Shown here: piece after piece, positions 10,755 through 23,572 of the stretch
How the letters are laid out: the number at the start of each line of letters is the position of its first letter
Position numbering within the stretch: position 1 is the stretch's first letter
From: Octopus sinensis
Taxonomy: Eukaryota
Direction of reading: 5' to 3'
DNA: 56,633 bases
NCBI RefSeq assembly: GCF_006345805.1
Contig: NW_021833683.1
Coordinates: 1-56,633 of the forward strand
The notes under the pieces: model-generated
What the model saw: the letters and a program-made list of their open reading frames with translations, nothing else
Told to the model about the DNA's origin: nothing
Databases searched by the model: none
Translations under genes and position numbers: made by a program

Positions 10755-10824
10755 TGTAGATGTTTACAAACCCCACTAAACGTTGGAATGAATAGGAAAA
10801 AATATCATTTAGATGAAAAGTTAG
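10755..10824 (+). other. Candidate 70-nt exon of an unidentified transcript
   Basis: CTAAT branch-like motif at 10725, acceptor TTCTTTATTACAG, donor AG|GTAAGT at 10825. One open frame: CRCLQTPLNVGMNRKKYHLDEKL. Confidence 0.3.
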
Positions 10825-11289
10825 GTAAGTGAAAGAGAAAGAGAAAAATAAGGGGAATAATAATAGATTATAAGAGAGAGAGAGGGGGAGACACGGGGTG
10901 GCAGAGAGAGAGGTTGGGGTACAAGGGAAATTATGAATATGAGAATTAGTTTTCTATTGGTCGGAGAATAAAATGAAAGTAAATTTTCGTAAATACAGAT
11001 ACAAGAAGCGAAAGATTTATAATCCTGTGTCTGGCTGGGTTAACCAAAATGGGATGAGAGATTTTGAATGGATAGGAAAAAATAAATCAAAATACCAAAA
11101 CATTATGCTGAAGATAAATGAACCTAATTTTCTATGAGTCACATATGAAGAGGAAACACTATCTCCTCTGATATTTTTGGTTTTGTAAACATAACAAACG
11201 AACAAAATTGGCAAAGTTCGATTTGAAAGGAAAATATTATCGTTTAATGTACCGTTTTAAAAATTTTTGTATTCTGTACTAATTTACAT

Positions 11290-11585
11290 TATTGTTTGTT
11301 CCTTCTCAAGCCACACCTGGCTCATAAGGGTCGGTCTCCCGGTTTCCTTGGCGTATAGGTTCCCCACCTGGACTGGACGCCGGTCCGTCGCAGGTGAGCT
11401 GCAAGAAACAGTAAGAGAAAGTTGTGGCGAAAGAGTCAGCAGAAGTTCGCCATTACCTTCTGCTGGAGCCGCGTGGAGCTTAGGTGTTTCGCTCATAAAC
11501 ACACACATCGCCCGGTCTGAGATTCGAACCCTCGATCCCTCAACCGCGAGTCCGCTGTTCTAACCACTAGGCCATGTGCCTCCAC
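11290..11585 (-). mobile_element. tRNA(Arg)-like-headed SINE (family C2) with 12-bp TSD
   Basis: TSD ACTAATTTACAT at 11278-11289 and 11586-11597. Head shared with 503-807 but a different tail. Confidence 0.85.
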
Positions 11586-11756
11586 ACTAATTTACATAGT
11601 CTTATATAATATTTTTTCTCGAGCCCCAAAACTCACAGGACCGTGTTACTCGGTTTCCCTTGGTGCATAAGTGATCGATATCACAACATTCGCACTGGTC
11701 CGGGGTCAGCAGTTTTACGGAGAGTGGTGGGAGTTTGTCGATTACATCGACGTTAA

Positions 11757-12105
11757 TACTTTATTTTATCGAATCTCAATCGATGAAAGGTGAAGTTGAC
11801 CTCGGCTTGATTTGAACTCGGAACGTAAAGAGCCGAAAGTAATGCTCCTAAACGTCTTCCCAACGTACTAACGATTCTGCCAGCTTGACACCTTATATGG
11901 CTATTATAATAAGGATGAGTTAAGGCGACAAACTGGCACAATCATTAGCACTCCGAGCAAAACGGTCAGCGGTATTTCGTCTACCGCTACGTTCTGAGTT
12001 CAAATTCCGCCGAGGTCGACTTTGCCTTTCATCCTTTCGGGATTGATAAATTAAGTACCAGTTGTGTACAGGAGTTGATCTAATTGACTGCCCCTCAAAA
12101 AAAAA
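11757..12105. mobile_element. Two divergent (head-to-head) family B SINE copies
   Basis: Minus copy ~11757-11894, plus copy ~11921-12105. Confidence 0.75.
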
Positions 12106-12149
12106 TCGGGCTTTATATATTAGAGTTAAATAAATGTAAAATTTTGAGT

Positions 12150-13010
12150 ATAAAATATGTGTGCTTATGGCTAGAAGATTTGGATGGGTTTGTTAAAATA
12201 AAGTTTAATTGTAATGTATTTGAATTAAAGTAGTGAAGTAAACCCGTGCAAAATTGCATTGAAATTGAAACAGTGATTTAAAAAAAAATTATTTAGCTAA
12301 AAAGGAATAATTTAGATGTAGTTCTGAATGTTAGATTCAACTAGTGAAGTTTTATATCACATTTTACATTACATTTATAGACTGTGTCCTTAGTTAGGGG
12401 CTTAGAATATAAGGATCATAGAAGGCTAATAAGATTGCGATAGAATTGTATCTTAAACCAAGTTTATAGATGTGAGAAGAAACATTGGTTTAGGCAGAAT
12501 TTAGTCTACCTTAAATTGAATTCATACTACATATTTTTATAGCTATGCTATTGGGGAAAGTGATTATTAAGTAGTATAAGGGATTAATCTAGGCAGCGGA
12601 ATAACTACAGGTAAGTTACATGGTGGGTTATAGCAATTTTGGTTCTTTTTCTCTTGTTGTTTTGTAGCGGAATGGTTAGAAAATCTGGAGCATTCCTTAG
12701 AGGTTAAAATCCTTATGTGTATATTGTGCAAGGATTCATTCCTTTTTCTGAAAGGATTGTCGGGTGAAATTAGAAGGGCCTAAAATGCTGTCCAATAATT
12801 TAGCTATTCTAAGATTTTTAGGCTGACTGTTTCATGCAGAAATATTCCAACCACTAGAAAGGGTCAAATAATAACGGATTGTTTTGAACATAAAAGAAGT
12901 ATCCATCACTACAAGAATACTTCTTTTATTCATGAAAGTAAAGGTAACAGGTTCGCGATTGGAGTGCCTCTTCTCTAGATTTGCTCGATCAGACCTGAGC
13001 TAACTCATGA
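12150..13010 (-). pseudogene. Highly decayed Penelope-like RT/GIY-YIG relic
   Basis: Minus-strand fragments in the expected order: RGTPIANL (RT MG.P.A..LAN-like), YNPPCNLPVVI (thumb YNP motif), FQCNFARVYF (FTC...VIY-like); many stops. Confidence 0.3.
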
Positions 13011-13417
13011 CTAAGCAAAAATAACAAACCTTATTTACATTATCAATTCTGAATATATAATAAGATTTCAATAGAGAATGTAGAGAGATTCCATTAAAGT
13101 TGGAAGTATTTTTGGCCAGTACCGACTTTCCAACCCTTGGATAGCATAACAACGAATAAATATTAAAGTTACAGTATGTTATATTTATAACGGAAAAGCA
13201 AATAATATTTTAAACAGAGAGAACTGATATAAAAACACACATTTTATTTATATTTTCAATATTTATTGAGTTTATATATTATCTCTATTGAAACTAACAA
13301 ACCTATAAACCGATGCAGCGGTAAAAATAATGAATTGATTTTTCCTTCTCAATGAAACATTGATTAGCAAAAATAAACTGTTTTCGAAAAATATAACATG
13401 GAAGCATAAAAAGTATT

Positions 13418-13834
13418 CAGGAGTGGCTGTGTAGTAAGTAGCTTGCTTACCAACCACATGGTTCCGAGTTCAGTCCCACTGCGTGGCACCTTGGTCAAGT
13501 GTCTTCTACTATAACCTTGGGCCGACCAAAGCCTTCTGAGTAGATTTGGTAGACGGAAACTGAAAGAAGCCCGTCGTATATATGTATATATATATATATG
13601 CGTGTGTGTATGTGTGTGTGTATGTTTATGTGTCTGTGTTTGTCCCTCCAACATCGCTTTTTAACCGATGCTGGTGTGAATACGTCCCCGTAACTTAGCG
13701 GTTCGGCAAAACAGACCGATAGAATAAGTACTAAGCTTACAAAGAGTAAGTCCTGGGGTCGATTTGCTCGACTAAAGGCGGTGCTCCAGCATAGCTGCAG
13801 TCAAATGACTGAAACAAGTAAAAGAGTAAAAGAG
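13418..13834 (+). mobile_element. Full-length family A SINE
   Basis: Complete head-body-microsatellite-tail, ending ACAAGTAAAAGAGTAAAAGAG. Confidence 0.9.
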
Positions 13835-13954
13835 TTGCTTACAATTAATAAAGTCGAGCATAGAACAGCATAGAATGTTAAATAGATTGTTAAAATCACA
13901 GCTAAGTGAAACCGTATGACACTGTAGAGGAACCCTCAGAAAATACTGAATTAA

Positions 13955-14365
13955 AATTTTGGTACAAACCCAACAATTTGGGGTAGGTGTAAATCGATTA
14001 CATCGACCCCAGTATTCAACTGGTACTTACTTTATCGACCCCGAAAGGATAAAAGGCAAAATCGATCTCGGCAGGCAGACCACAGAATGTAAAGACAGAC
14101 GAAATTCTGCTAAGCATTTCGTCTAGCGTGCTAACGATTCGGCCAACATACTACCTTGATCCTTTCTACAATAGGCACAAGGCTTGAAATTTTGCGGGAG
14201 GGTGGAAAGTCGATTACATCGACACCAGTACTTGATTGATAATTATTTCAACGACCTCGAAAGGATGAAAGGCAAAGTCGATCTCAGCTGAACTCGAACT
14301 CAGAACGTAAAGGCAGACGAAATGCCACAAAGCATTTTGCCCGGCGTGCTAACGATTCTGCCACG
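13955..14365 (-). mobile_element. Two tandem short family B SINE copies
   Basis: Repeated CGACC(C/T)CGAAAGGAT.AAAGGCAAA...CGTGCTAACGATTC. Confidence 0.75.
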
Positions 14366-15177
14366 CTGAAAATATTAAAACTACGCAGTAGCTGTTGTTG
14401 CAGGAAGAGAAAGATTTATGAAGAATTCTCTGCAACTGATTTTAAACGATTCAACAGAGTCATATGTACTTTGTTCCTTGGCTGTTTCTCTGGTATTTAA
14501 CTAAAGAAACCTGATCGACTAAACGAGATCAATATTCCACGCCACAGCTTGCTTAAACTCCATCTCATATAATTAAATTCTTACTGGAGATCCAAATCAT
14601 GCACTGGAATGGTTTAAGCCTAAAACCTTTGCCAAATAATGAAATGCATCATTCTTATATCAACGTACTTTATGACTGACGAAGAAGCCTCGATATTGTT
14701 GGTCGGCCGCAGTAAAACAACACAACCAAATCTCGCTCCGATATTACATAATCGTTTTTTAAAAGATTAGATTCTTTATTGTGGTCTCGATAGAAAATAT
14801 AGTATTTCCTTGTGGCTGTTTGCATAAAACTATCTCCCATGGTAGGTGCAAACAAGAACAGAGAGACACCCAAATAGTATGCGATTTGATAAGAGTCGTT
14901 TTGATCCTTCGATATGCAACACACCTTTCAAAAAAACGTTAAGCTAAACGTGATATCAAACAGATATCTGTTTCAACAGATCTGAGGCACGTGAGGTATA
15001 CTTAAGACAGACTAAAACCAAAACACTGATTTGGGATTATACAAAGATAATGAATTTGCTGTCAGGCATAACACACTCACACACACACACACACACATAC
15101 ACACACGCACACGCACACACGCACACACACACGCACACACACACACATGAATATATGAAATATTTACTTATAGGTAC

Positions 15178-15258
15178 GCGCAGATGTGGCTGAGTGGAAT
15201 GAAAATTGCTTCCCAGCCACATGGCTCAGCGTCTTCTACTATAGCATATATATACATA

Positions 15259-15299
<41 letters not shown>

Positions 15300-15816
15300 T
15301 GACAGTTGACAACCGGTGTGTGTTTTTGTCCCTGTAACGTAGCTTTTCGGCAAAACAGACCGATAGAATAAATACCAGGCTTATTCTACCGGTCACTTAT
15401 CCCGAACCGCTAATTTACAGGGATGTAAACACACCAGCATTGGTTGTCAAGACATGGAGGAGGGACAAACACAGACACACAAACATATGCATATATGTCT
15501 ATATATATATTATATATATATATATATATATAATATATATATATGACAGGCTTCTTCAGTTTCCGTCTGCCAAATCCACTCACAAGGCTGTGGCTGACCC
15601 GTGGCTATAGTAGGAGACATTTGTCCAAAGCGACACGCAGTGGGACTGAACCCGGAACCATGTGATAGAGATGCAAGCTTCTTACCACACAGCCATGCTG
15701 GAGTACCGCTTTAGTCGGACAAATGGACCCTAGGATTTATTCTTTGTAAGCCTATCGGTCTCTTTTGACGAACCGCTAAGTTGTTAAACGATGGTGGGGA
15801 AAACACATACACACAA

Positions 15817-15825
<9 letters not shown>
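15178..15825. mobile_element. Cluster of three family A SINE pieces (plus/minus junction at ~15384)
   Basis: Degenerate plus copy 15178-15383 abuts minus copy 15384-15697, followed by a second minus 3' half. Confidence 0.7.
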
Positions 15826-15859
<34 letters not shown>

Positions 15860-15886
15860 ATATACACATACATATATGAATGTGTA

Positions 15887-16692
15887 CGAGGTCTTATCAA
15901 TAAGCATCCGGACTGTTGCCATAGTAAAAAAGCTAAAGCACTGAGAGTGAACCGCTTGGCAAAGATCGACCTTGAGCTCTACTGTGCATACGTACTAAAT
16001 TTTAAAATCCTAGCTCACTTCCGCTGTTTACAGCAGTGCTTTGAAGAAAGGTGTGTAGCGTGTGATCATTGCAGTGACCACGACAAAGTTGTCATGGCGA
16101 TACCTGCTCAGAGGCATGCGCCACAAACATGTGTACGTGTGATTCACACGTTTCCAAGATGGCCTAAAAATTGTCGACATTGACGAACGTTCTGGGAGAC
16201 CCGCAACCAGTAGAAATGAGAAAAACATCGCAGATGTGCGTGCAGCAGTGAGGGCAAATCGTCGAATCACCATGCGTGGGTTATTAGAGGATGTGCAGAT
16301 TAGTTACGGTTCAATTCAATTCGTTATCACTGAAGATTTAGGTATGAGACCCGTGTCTGCCATGTTTGTGCCGAAATTGCCTTCAGTTGACCAAAGACAC
16401 CCGGATTTCATTTGCACAAGATCTTGATTCTGTTGAGAACGGTGAGAAGTTTTTGAAAACTTTGCATAGGCCTCTGAGTAGGTATCACCAAGCTTTTGGC
16501 AAAATTTGATGCAGATTCTCTGCTCAACTTTGTCTGTAATGGTCACACTGCTGTAAACAGCGGAAGTGAGCTATGACATTAAAATTTAGTGCGCACGCAC
16601 AACAAAGTTCAAGGTCAACCTGTGCCAAATGGCTTCACTCTGCTTGCTTTAGCCTCATTACTCTGGCAGCAGTCTGTATACTTATTGATCAG

Positions 16693-16698
<6 letters not shown>
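15887..16698. mobile_element. Non-autonomous mariner derivative built from two inverted 5' ends
   Basis: TA-flanked ends and ~150-bp inverted arms. Plus strand encodes RFQDG..DERSGRP...RRIT..L..FVPKL; minus strand encodes the N-terminus EQRICIKFCQKLG. Confidence 0.85.
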
Positions 16699-16738
<40 letters not shown>

Positions 16739-16749
16739 ATATATATATA

Positions 16750-16804
<55 letters not shown>

Positions 16805-16807
<3 letters not shown>

Positions 16808-17010
16808 CAATGCACATGATTATCAGAAGTTATGTGGTAGCCTGCAAGTTCATAAAAAATCATTGAACTCTGTAAAAAGTTTTGGAGTCGACTGGAAATT
16901 CCTAGAACAGAACAAATCAGATTGCAGAACGGGCAATCAAGTGCCTTCAAGATCTTTATGATGTTTGTAAAAAGGAGAAGGTTCAGCTTCGATTTATTTT
17001 ATCTAAAAGA
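16805..17010 (+). pseudogene. DNA-transposase C-terminal relic (hATm-like)
   Basis: Translation TNQIAERAIKCLQDLY...QLRFILS resembles the N..AER.IK motif. Confidence 0.35.
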
Positions 17011-18220
17011 ATATATTGTTTCTTATGTTTTAAAATTTGCTGACATTCTGCATCTTTTTTCTTATACAGTTATTTAAGATTGGAATTAAACCTATAAATT
17101 TAAAAATATGTATTGTTTTTAATTTTGCATGTTATCGAATGCTTGTAGTGGCCTCTATCTTAAAATAGCCCAGTTTTGAACCTTTGCATAGAACAATTTC
17201 TATTCAGTAACCTTAAGAATGTATAAATACACTTTTATTCCACATCTCTCTTGCGTTTACAAGGATTTAGACAGCGGAAATACTAACGTTTGAATCTAGT
17301 ATCACCTAGTGATTATAGTTTTAAAAGCCCATAACTCCGAAACTAGAAAGCGGAAATTTCAGATATACCATTTCAGCATTTCATTGAGTCAGCACAGCAA
17401 GTTTGGTAAAAACTTGAGCAGGCGTTATGAACCCCGCAAGAATTTTGCATGATTTGGGTCAAAAGGGGTGATCGATTTCTTAAGTTGGGGGTCACTTTTT
17501 TTTTTTTCGAATAAAGCAAAATAAACGTTAGCTTCCTTACTATTAATGAAATTATTCATCAAATTACAGTATAAGATTATTTGGTTGCGAAAAATCATAA
17601 TCCTAATATATATGCATAAGGATAAAGCATATTAAAAGGGGTTCGAGGGAAAATTCATTTAAATAAAAGGGTTGGGAGCCACTATTGGGAACCATTATGA
17701 AAAGGCTGGGAACCATTGATGTATGTATGTATGTATGTATGTATGTATGTATGTATGTATGTATGTATGTATGTATGTATGCATGTTTAAGCATAATGAA
17801 ACTCTGACTTCAACTTCTCAAGCATTAATTTAAAACCATATTTGTCAAACTATTTTGTTTTTGTGATATTCTTTTTAACGGTTATTGACCTCACGCTATA
17901 TATTCATAAATAAATATACATGCATTCCACCATATATATATATATAACTACATAATTATTTACTTCATAAACCGTGATTCTTTGCTTGACTTTTTTTCTC
18001 GAGTTTCCATTTACCACAATAACACTTCTGTATTCCTTTATAACCGAGAAAACAGGTTTTAACTACTTTCTCAAGAGAAAAGGTCACTGCAAATAATATC
18101 ACTTTACCATATTTTATGTCGATTTCACATCTTTTCTCGTTTTCTCGTACACAAGGTAATTACTTTCTGTTAAAAGGCATCGGAATTGATGTTTCAACGA
18201 AGTCTCTGACCGTCTCTCTG

Positions 18221-18303
<83 letters not shown>

Positions 18304-18308
18304 ATATA

Positions 18309-18375
<67 letters not shown>

Positions 18376-18650
18376 TTCTTTCTTTATCTCTTTCTCTCTC
18401 TACCTGTTTCTCTCGTTTCTTTCTCCATCTCCCTATCTTCCACCCTCACCTTCGCTCTCTCTCTCCTCTCTTCACCTCTGTCTCTGTCTTCATTCTGCCT
18501 CTCCCCGTCTCTTTCTTCCTCCATCTCTCACTCTCGGTCTCTTTCTGTCTCCTTCTCCTTCTTTTCTCTCCGTCTAGCAGCGTATTTTATTTCGGTTTCA
18601 CACCACATTAAATACAGATATTACAAATATAGAAAATGATAATATTATTT

Positions 18651-18850
18651 TATTCTTTTATTTGTTTCAGTCATTTGACTGCGGTCATGCTGGAGCACCA
18701 CCTTTATTCAAACAAATCTAACCCAGGACTTATTCTTTGTAAGCCTAGTACTTATTCTGTCGGTCTCTTTTGCCTAACCACTAAGTTAAACACACCGACA
18801 TCGGTCGTCAAGCGATGTGGGGGGAAAGACATACACACACACGCACACAC

Positions 18851-18901
<51 letters not shown>

Positions 18902-19053
18902 CGACGGACTTCTTTCAGTTTCCGTCTACCAAATTTACTCACGCGGCTCTGGTTGGCCCGAGGCTACAGGAGACACTTGCCCAAGATGCCAAGCAGTGGA
19001 ACTAAACCCAGAACCATGCAGTTGGTAAGCAAGCTACTAACCACACAGCCACT
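18651..19053 (-). mobile_element. Family A SINE
   Basis: Same family motifs as 13418-13834. Confidence 0.85.
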
Positions 19054-20000
19054 GCTAATTAATTTTTTTTTCTGTCTCGTAAAACGTAACCAAGTACATG
19101 TTTTAAGCTAAATCGAGCAGATCTGAATTGATGGGAAGGAAGGTAGTAGATAAAACGAAAAGATTGTTTCTAACACACTAAAAATGCTGCTAATGAGTTC
19201 ATCCCAGCGATAACGCTTTAGAAAATGCTTAGCAAAAAATAACTTGAAGTCTAGAGTAAAACTACAAGATGCCGCTCTACGATACCAATCTGGAATAACA
19301 TTTAGAGAAGAGTTTCGTATTTGGAAGCATGTAAACGTGTAACATCGCATGCTAAATTAAACTTAATATCCTTCATATATCGATTCCAAGGAGAATGACA
19401 AGGTAAGCCCTGGGTATTAATGGCTTGAATCCTAGGGCTTAAACGGTCAGTTACCCGGTTTCTATGGCATAGAAGTGGCTGAGATCCCATTTCCTTTGAA
19501 CAGGATATCAGGGTTATTCATATACAGCTGGATATCAGCAGGATATCATTCTATTGCAGGGTTATTCATATACAGCTGAGTGGACTGCAGCAAGATGAAA
19601 GGAGGTGTTCTGCTTAAGAATACAATGCACCACCTAGTCCGGGTATCACAACGGAGATCTTGCGATTGTACGTGCAACACTCAAAGACGCTAAGGGAAGC
19701 GTCTTCTCAGGGAAAATGAGATGCAAAGTCAATTCGAGCGATATTTGAACTTGTCGAACTGAAAAGTAAGCTATATTTAGTAAGGTACATAGCGCAACCC
19801 AATATTAAACGTACCTTAAGAAACGTGACAAAGTTGAATTAAATACTCCCACCCCTACACAGGAACACAATAGGATCTTTTCGTCTTCCAGTTGTATTTT
19901 CCATTCACTTTATTTAACTTACTAATGTCTTCCATTTGAAAAAAAAAACATGAATATCTCCAAAATATAAAGTTTTCTAAATATCTATATATATATTTAA

Positions 20001-20062
<62 letters not shown>

Positions 20063-20065
<3 letters not shown>

Positions 20066-20410
20066 GGTAATTCAAATGTCTCCCTACATACGAAAAATTT
20101 ATTTTTTTATAAGAGATAGTTTATAAGATCCCCTAGCTCTCCTGATCTGACCCCTCTTGATTTCTATCTTTGGAAGCATTTGAAAAATAAAAGACATAAA
20201 TCATTTGAAGGAACGCATCACCAACTCCTTTACACAGGTATCACCAGATGTGCTGTTACGAGTTCACTATGAGTGGGGTAAACGTATTGCAATGTGTATT
20301 CAAAACAATGGTAACCGTATAGAGCCAGTTAGTAAAAAAACTCTTCTTATAAACTGTTTCTTATGAAAAGATAAATTTTTCCTATGTATGGCGGCTTTTG
20401 AATCACCCTG
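20063..20410 (+). mobile_element. Tc1-like internally deleted element
   Basis: TA-flanked TIRs CAGGGT(A/G)ATTCAAA. Internal PPSSPDLTPLDFYLW matches the Tc1/mariner C-terminal PP.SPDL.P.D motif. Confidence 0.85.
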
Positions 20411-20416
20411 TAGATA

Positions 20417-20458
<42 letters not shown>

Positions 20459-21060
20459 TATATATACAGGGGGATTCAAAAGCCGCCATACATAGGAAAA
20501 ATTTTAAAATTCAATCCATGGAAAAAAAAACAGTTTCCTTCAAAGGGATGGAAATCATTCAATTTTAACTGGTTCTTCAGTTAAATACGACAATATAGTA
20601 GAGAAAAAAATCAGAACTTGAAATGGTATAATTTCAATATACAAATATTAAAGGAAACAGAGAAATAGAATTGACATATTATAAATCTGTTAACATTATA
20701 ATATAATATAATTATACTATAAAAAAATATAGTATATAACAAATATTTTGATGTCTTGCCTAAACGATAGCTTTTATTAGTTGTGACATTTTGTAAAGAA
20801 ATAAATGGCATATAGTAGTCCTTGCATGAAATTTTTCCTTAATTTTTTAGACAAATATTACCCTGATTCATATGAATAAATGTGAATGTTTTACAAATTC
20901 ACTAGTGGATATGAATTCAAACAATAGTAAGATATATATTTGTTTTAATTATATGTTATATTATATTATAATATATCTTTTATAGTATAATTATATTATA
21001 ATGTTAATAAATTTATCTGTCAATTGTATTTCTCTACTTTCTTTAATATATATATATACA

Positions 21061-21740
21061 CAGCAGAACCTCGGTTTTCGAACAACTCTGATTACGAATA
21101 AATCGTACTTTAACTGCTGTCTTTCTCATATTCATTTAATACAGTAGTACATCGGTTTACGGACGCCTCTGATCACGAATATATCGTGCTATATATCTAT
21201 CTATCTATCTTTATCTATATCTACACACACACACAACACACACACACACACACATACACACACACACATTCACACACACTTATATATATATAAATATAAT
21301 AGGTGAGTTAGGTACAATAAATTCTAGGTGAATACTTGATCAATGTAAGCACCTGTATATGCTAGCTAGTGGCATAGGTGATAGGATATATGTATCAAAT
21401 GAAGTAAATGAAAAACAGGATGCAGAGGATTTTGCGGTACATATGTTTCGGGCTTTATTGAACAACTTATTCTTATATCAATGCATAATTGATATAACAG
21501 ATAGATCAAAAGCCTTCTTCAGCCGCGTACAATTGCTACACCAAAGACTTGTATCACATTATAACAAGTTTGAGAAAAAGTTTGAGAAAAAACCGATTTT
21601 CCTTGGGAAAGTAAATCCTCATAGGCGTACATGGCATTGCCTATACTCCAAAACAAATCGTCCATACCGTTTTTTCACTCGCTATAAAATATATAAATAT
21701 ATATAAAGCACGATTTATTCGCGATCAGAGTTGTTCGAAA
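21061..21740. mobile_element. pogo/Tigger-like MITE with nested insertions; right TIR truncated
   Basis: Left CAGCAGAACCTCGGTTTTCGAACAACTCTGATTACGAATAAATCGT; its reverse complement occurs at 21703-21740. A second left-TIR-like copy lies at ~21141. Confidence 0.65.
21434..21526 (-). ncRNA. Apparently intact minimal type I hammerhead ribozyme with long helix II
   Basis: Minus strand GCGG-CUGAAGA-A-GGCUUU[insert with perfect 10-bp hairpin]AAAGCC-C-GAA-AC(AUAU)GU-A-CCGC; palindromic ACAUAUGU, GUA triplet. Confidence 0.8.
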
Positions 21741-21744
21741 TTGA

Positions 21745-22407
21745 TATATATATTCGGGATAAGCTCACTAGGCACGTCCATCCCGGCCCATCGGCCTGTC
21801 CAAGATGCGAGCAGGACAGGGAAACCGTCCTGCGCGCTATTTGTTCAGTGTCCGGAAGTGTCAGAAGTGTAGGCTTATTCAGAACACATGTTGTCAGATG
21901 CAAGAGGAGTACAGCTGTTGTCTGAGTCATTTCTAAAAATTGACCCACCGGATTTCCTTACGAAAGAAGGTAAGAATTGTTTTCTCGTGATAGTAGCAAT
22001 CGTGAAAGAGGTGATATGGAAGTCGAAAATGAAAGGATAGATGACAGGCAACTTCAGCTCTGTCCTCGGTTTGGTGAGATTTTTCACCTTTCACCTGAAA
22101 AGGAAAGTGGTGCTGGAGAGGAGATGCCTGTCAGCGAGAATGTAGAAAGACAGATCGGCACGTGTAGCACGAATGCTGTGTGTGAAAGACACTGCATGAA
22201 CATGTCATAAGACTTACCAAAAGGTGTCGGGGTAGTGGAACAGGGCTCGTGGGGTCGGAGCTAAAATCTGTTCTCATGCCTCATTCCATGTTTGCTAATT
22301 TGCCTTTCGTTGTAAATATTTTATCGCCTTTTGTGTGTCTGACCCCCAAATCAGGCTGTATCGTCCCCGCTATTTTGGCCCCGCGTGGGAAATAAAGAAA
22401 CAAGAAA
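21745..22407 (+). mobile_element. 5'-truncated L1/Tx1-clade LINE 3' end
   Basis: RDKLTRH..ACPRCEQDRETVL..(frameshift)VQCP is a CCHC-type finger, followed by AIVKEVIW...FHLKRK..LER, a 3' UTR and an AATAAA/A-rich end. Confidence 0.75.
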
Positions 22408-22435
22408 TTGTAGTATATACATGCATACATATATA

Positions 22436-22909
22436 TCTCTCTATATATAAACGGCAGTTTGTCTGTATGTGTGTCTGTGTGTCTGTCAGGCTGTACCCTC
22501 AACCTGACCACGGCTTTCAACCGATTCTGATGAAACTTGACACACACATAGCCCAATGTCATAATTCAAAACTAACGCAGCGAAAATTTTGAGAAGTTCC
22601 CCCAGTTCTGAAAAAAATTGATAAATTCGACATGGGGTCGAGAATCTAAGCTTTTTATATGCAACACATTTTCTGTTGTAGTTTTCGCAACTTACAATCG
22701 ATTTTCACCAAACTTTACCCTAAGAAACTTAATTCTGACGTTAGTTTTCCATGCAATACCTTACCATCAGAAAAAATCGATAAAATCATGCCATTTGGGA
22801 AATCGCGTTCAAATTCAAGATGACATATTTTCGACAATATCTTTCACAAATTAGTCGTTGCCTACTAGGGGCTCTTACATACCCGGGCAACGCCGGGCTA
22901 TGATGCTAG
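22436..22909 (+). mobile_element. Non-autonomous Helitron
   Basis: A|TC 5' end (TCTCTCTATATATAAA), (CTGT)-type microsatellite, GC hairpin CCCGG(GCAACG)CCGGG at 22882-22897, then CTAG|T at 22906-22909. Confidence 0.8.
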
Positions 22910-22972
<63 letters not shown>

Positions 22973-23572
22973 CGAGCTTCCACTCATTTTCTGTAAACGG
23001 AATTCACTCGCAAGGCATTAGTCGGCCCGAGGCTGTAATAAAAGACACTTGCTCAAGGTTCTGTGCAGTGGAACTGAAAACGAGACACATGTAGTTGCAA
23101 AGTGAGTTTCTTAACCACATAGCCATGCCTGCACCCGTCTCTTCAAGAAATTATTGTCATGCTCCCAAAACGATGTAATAGGTAGAATAGTGATCCATCG
23201 TTGAATTTGCTTTGTGATCCCTTCACACCACATTTCCTCCAATGATTTGTAGTTAAACGTTAAGTCAATAAAATCATTTATGCATACCAAATATACTTGG
23301 ACACACTCACACAAACTCAGATAAACACCGATTCAAGTCCTGATGGAAACTCAGCGGGAAAACGGTGAACTATTCTTTTCTACTCTAGACACAAGGCCCG
23401 AAATTTACGGGGAGGGGGGCCAGTCGATTAGATCGGCCCAAGTACGCGACTGGTACTTAATTTATCGACCTCGAAAGGATGAAAGTCAAAGTCGAACTCG
23501 GTGGAATTTGAATTCAGAACATAAAGACAGACGAAATACCGCTAAGAATTAAGGCTAAGCCGCCTTAATAAT

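Noticed and set aside
11510-11585. tRNA(Arg)-like sequence (also ~735-807 and ~23765-23837)
   Set aside because: These are SINE heads fused to SINE bodies with TSDs and lack a complete cloverleaf; not tRNA genes.
12543-12610. Acceptor/donor pair resembling an exon
   Set aside because: Stops occur in all three frames, and it lies inside a decayed retroelement-like region.
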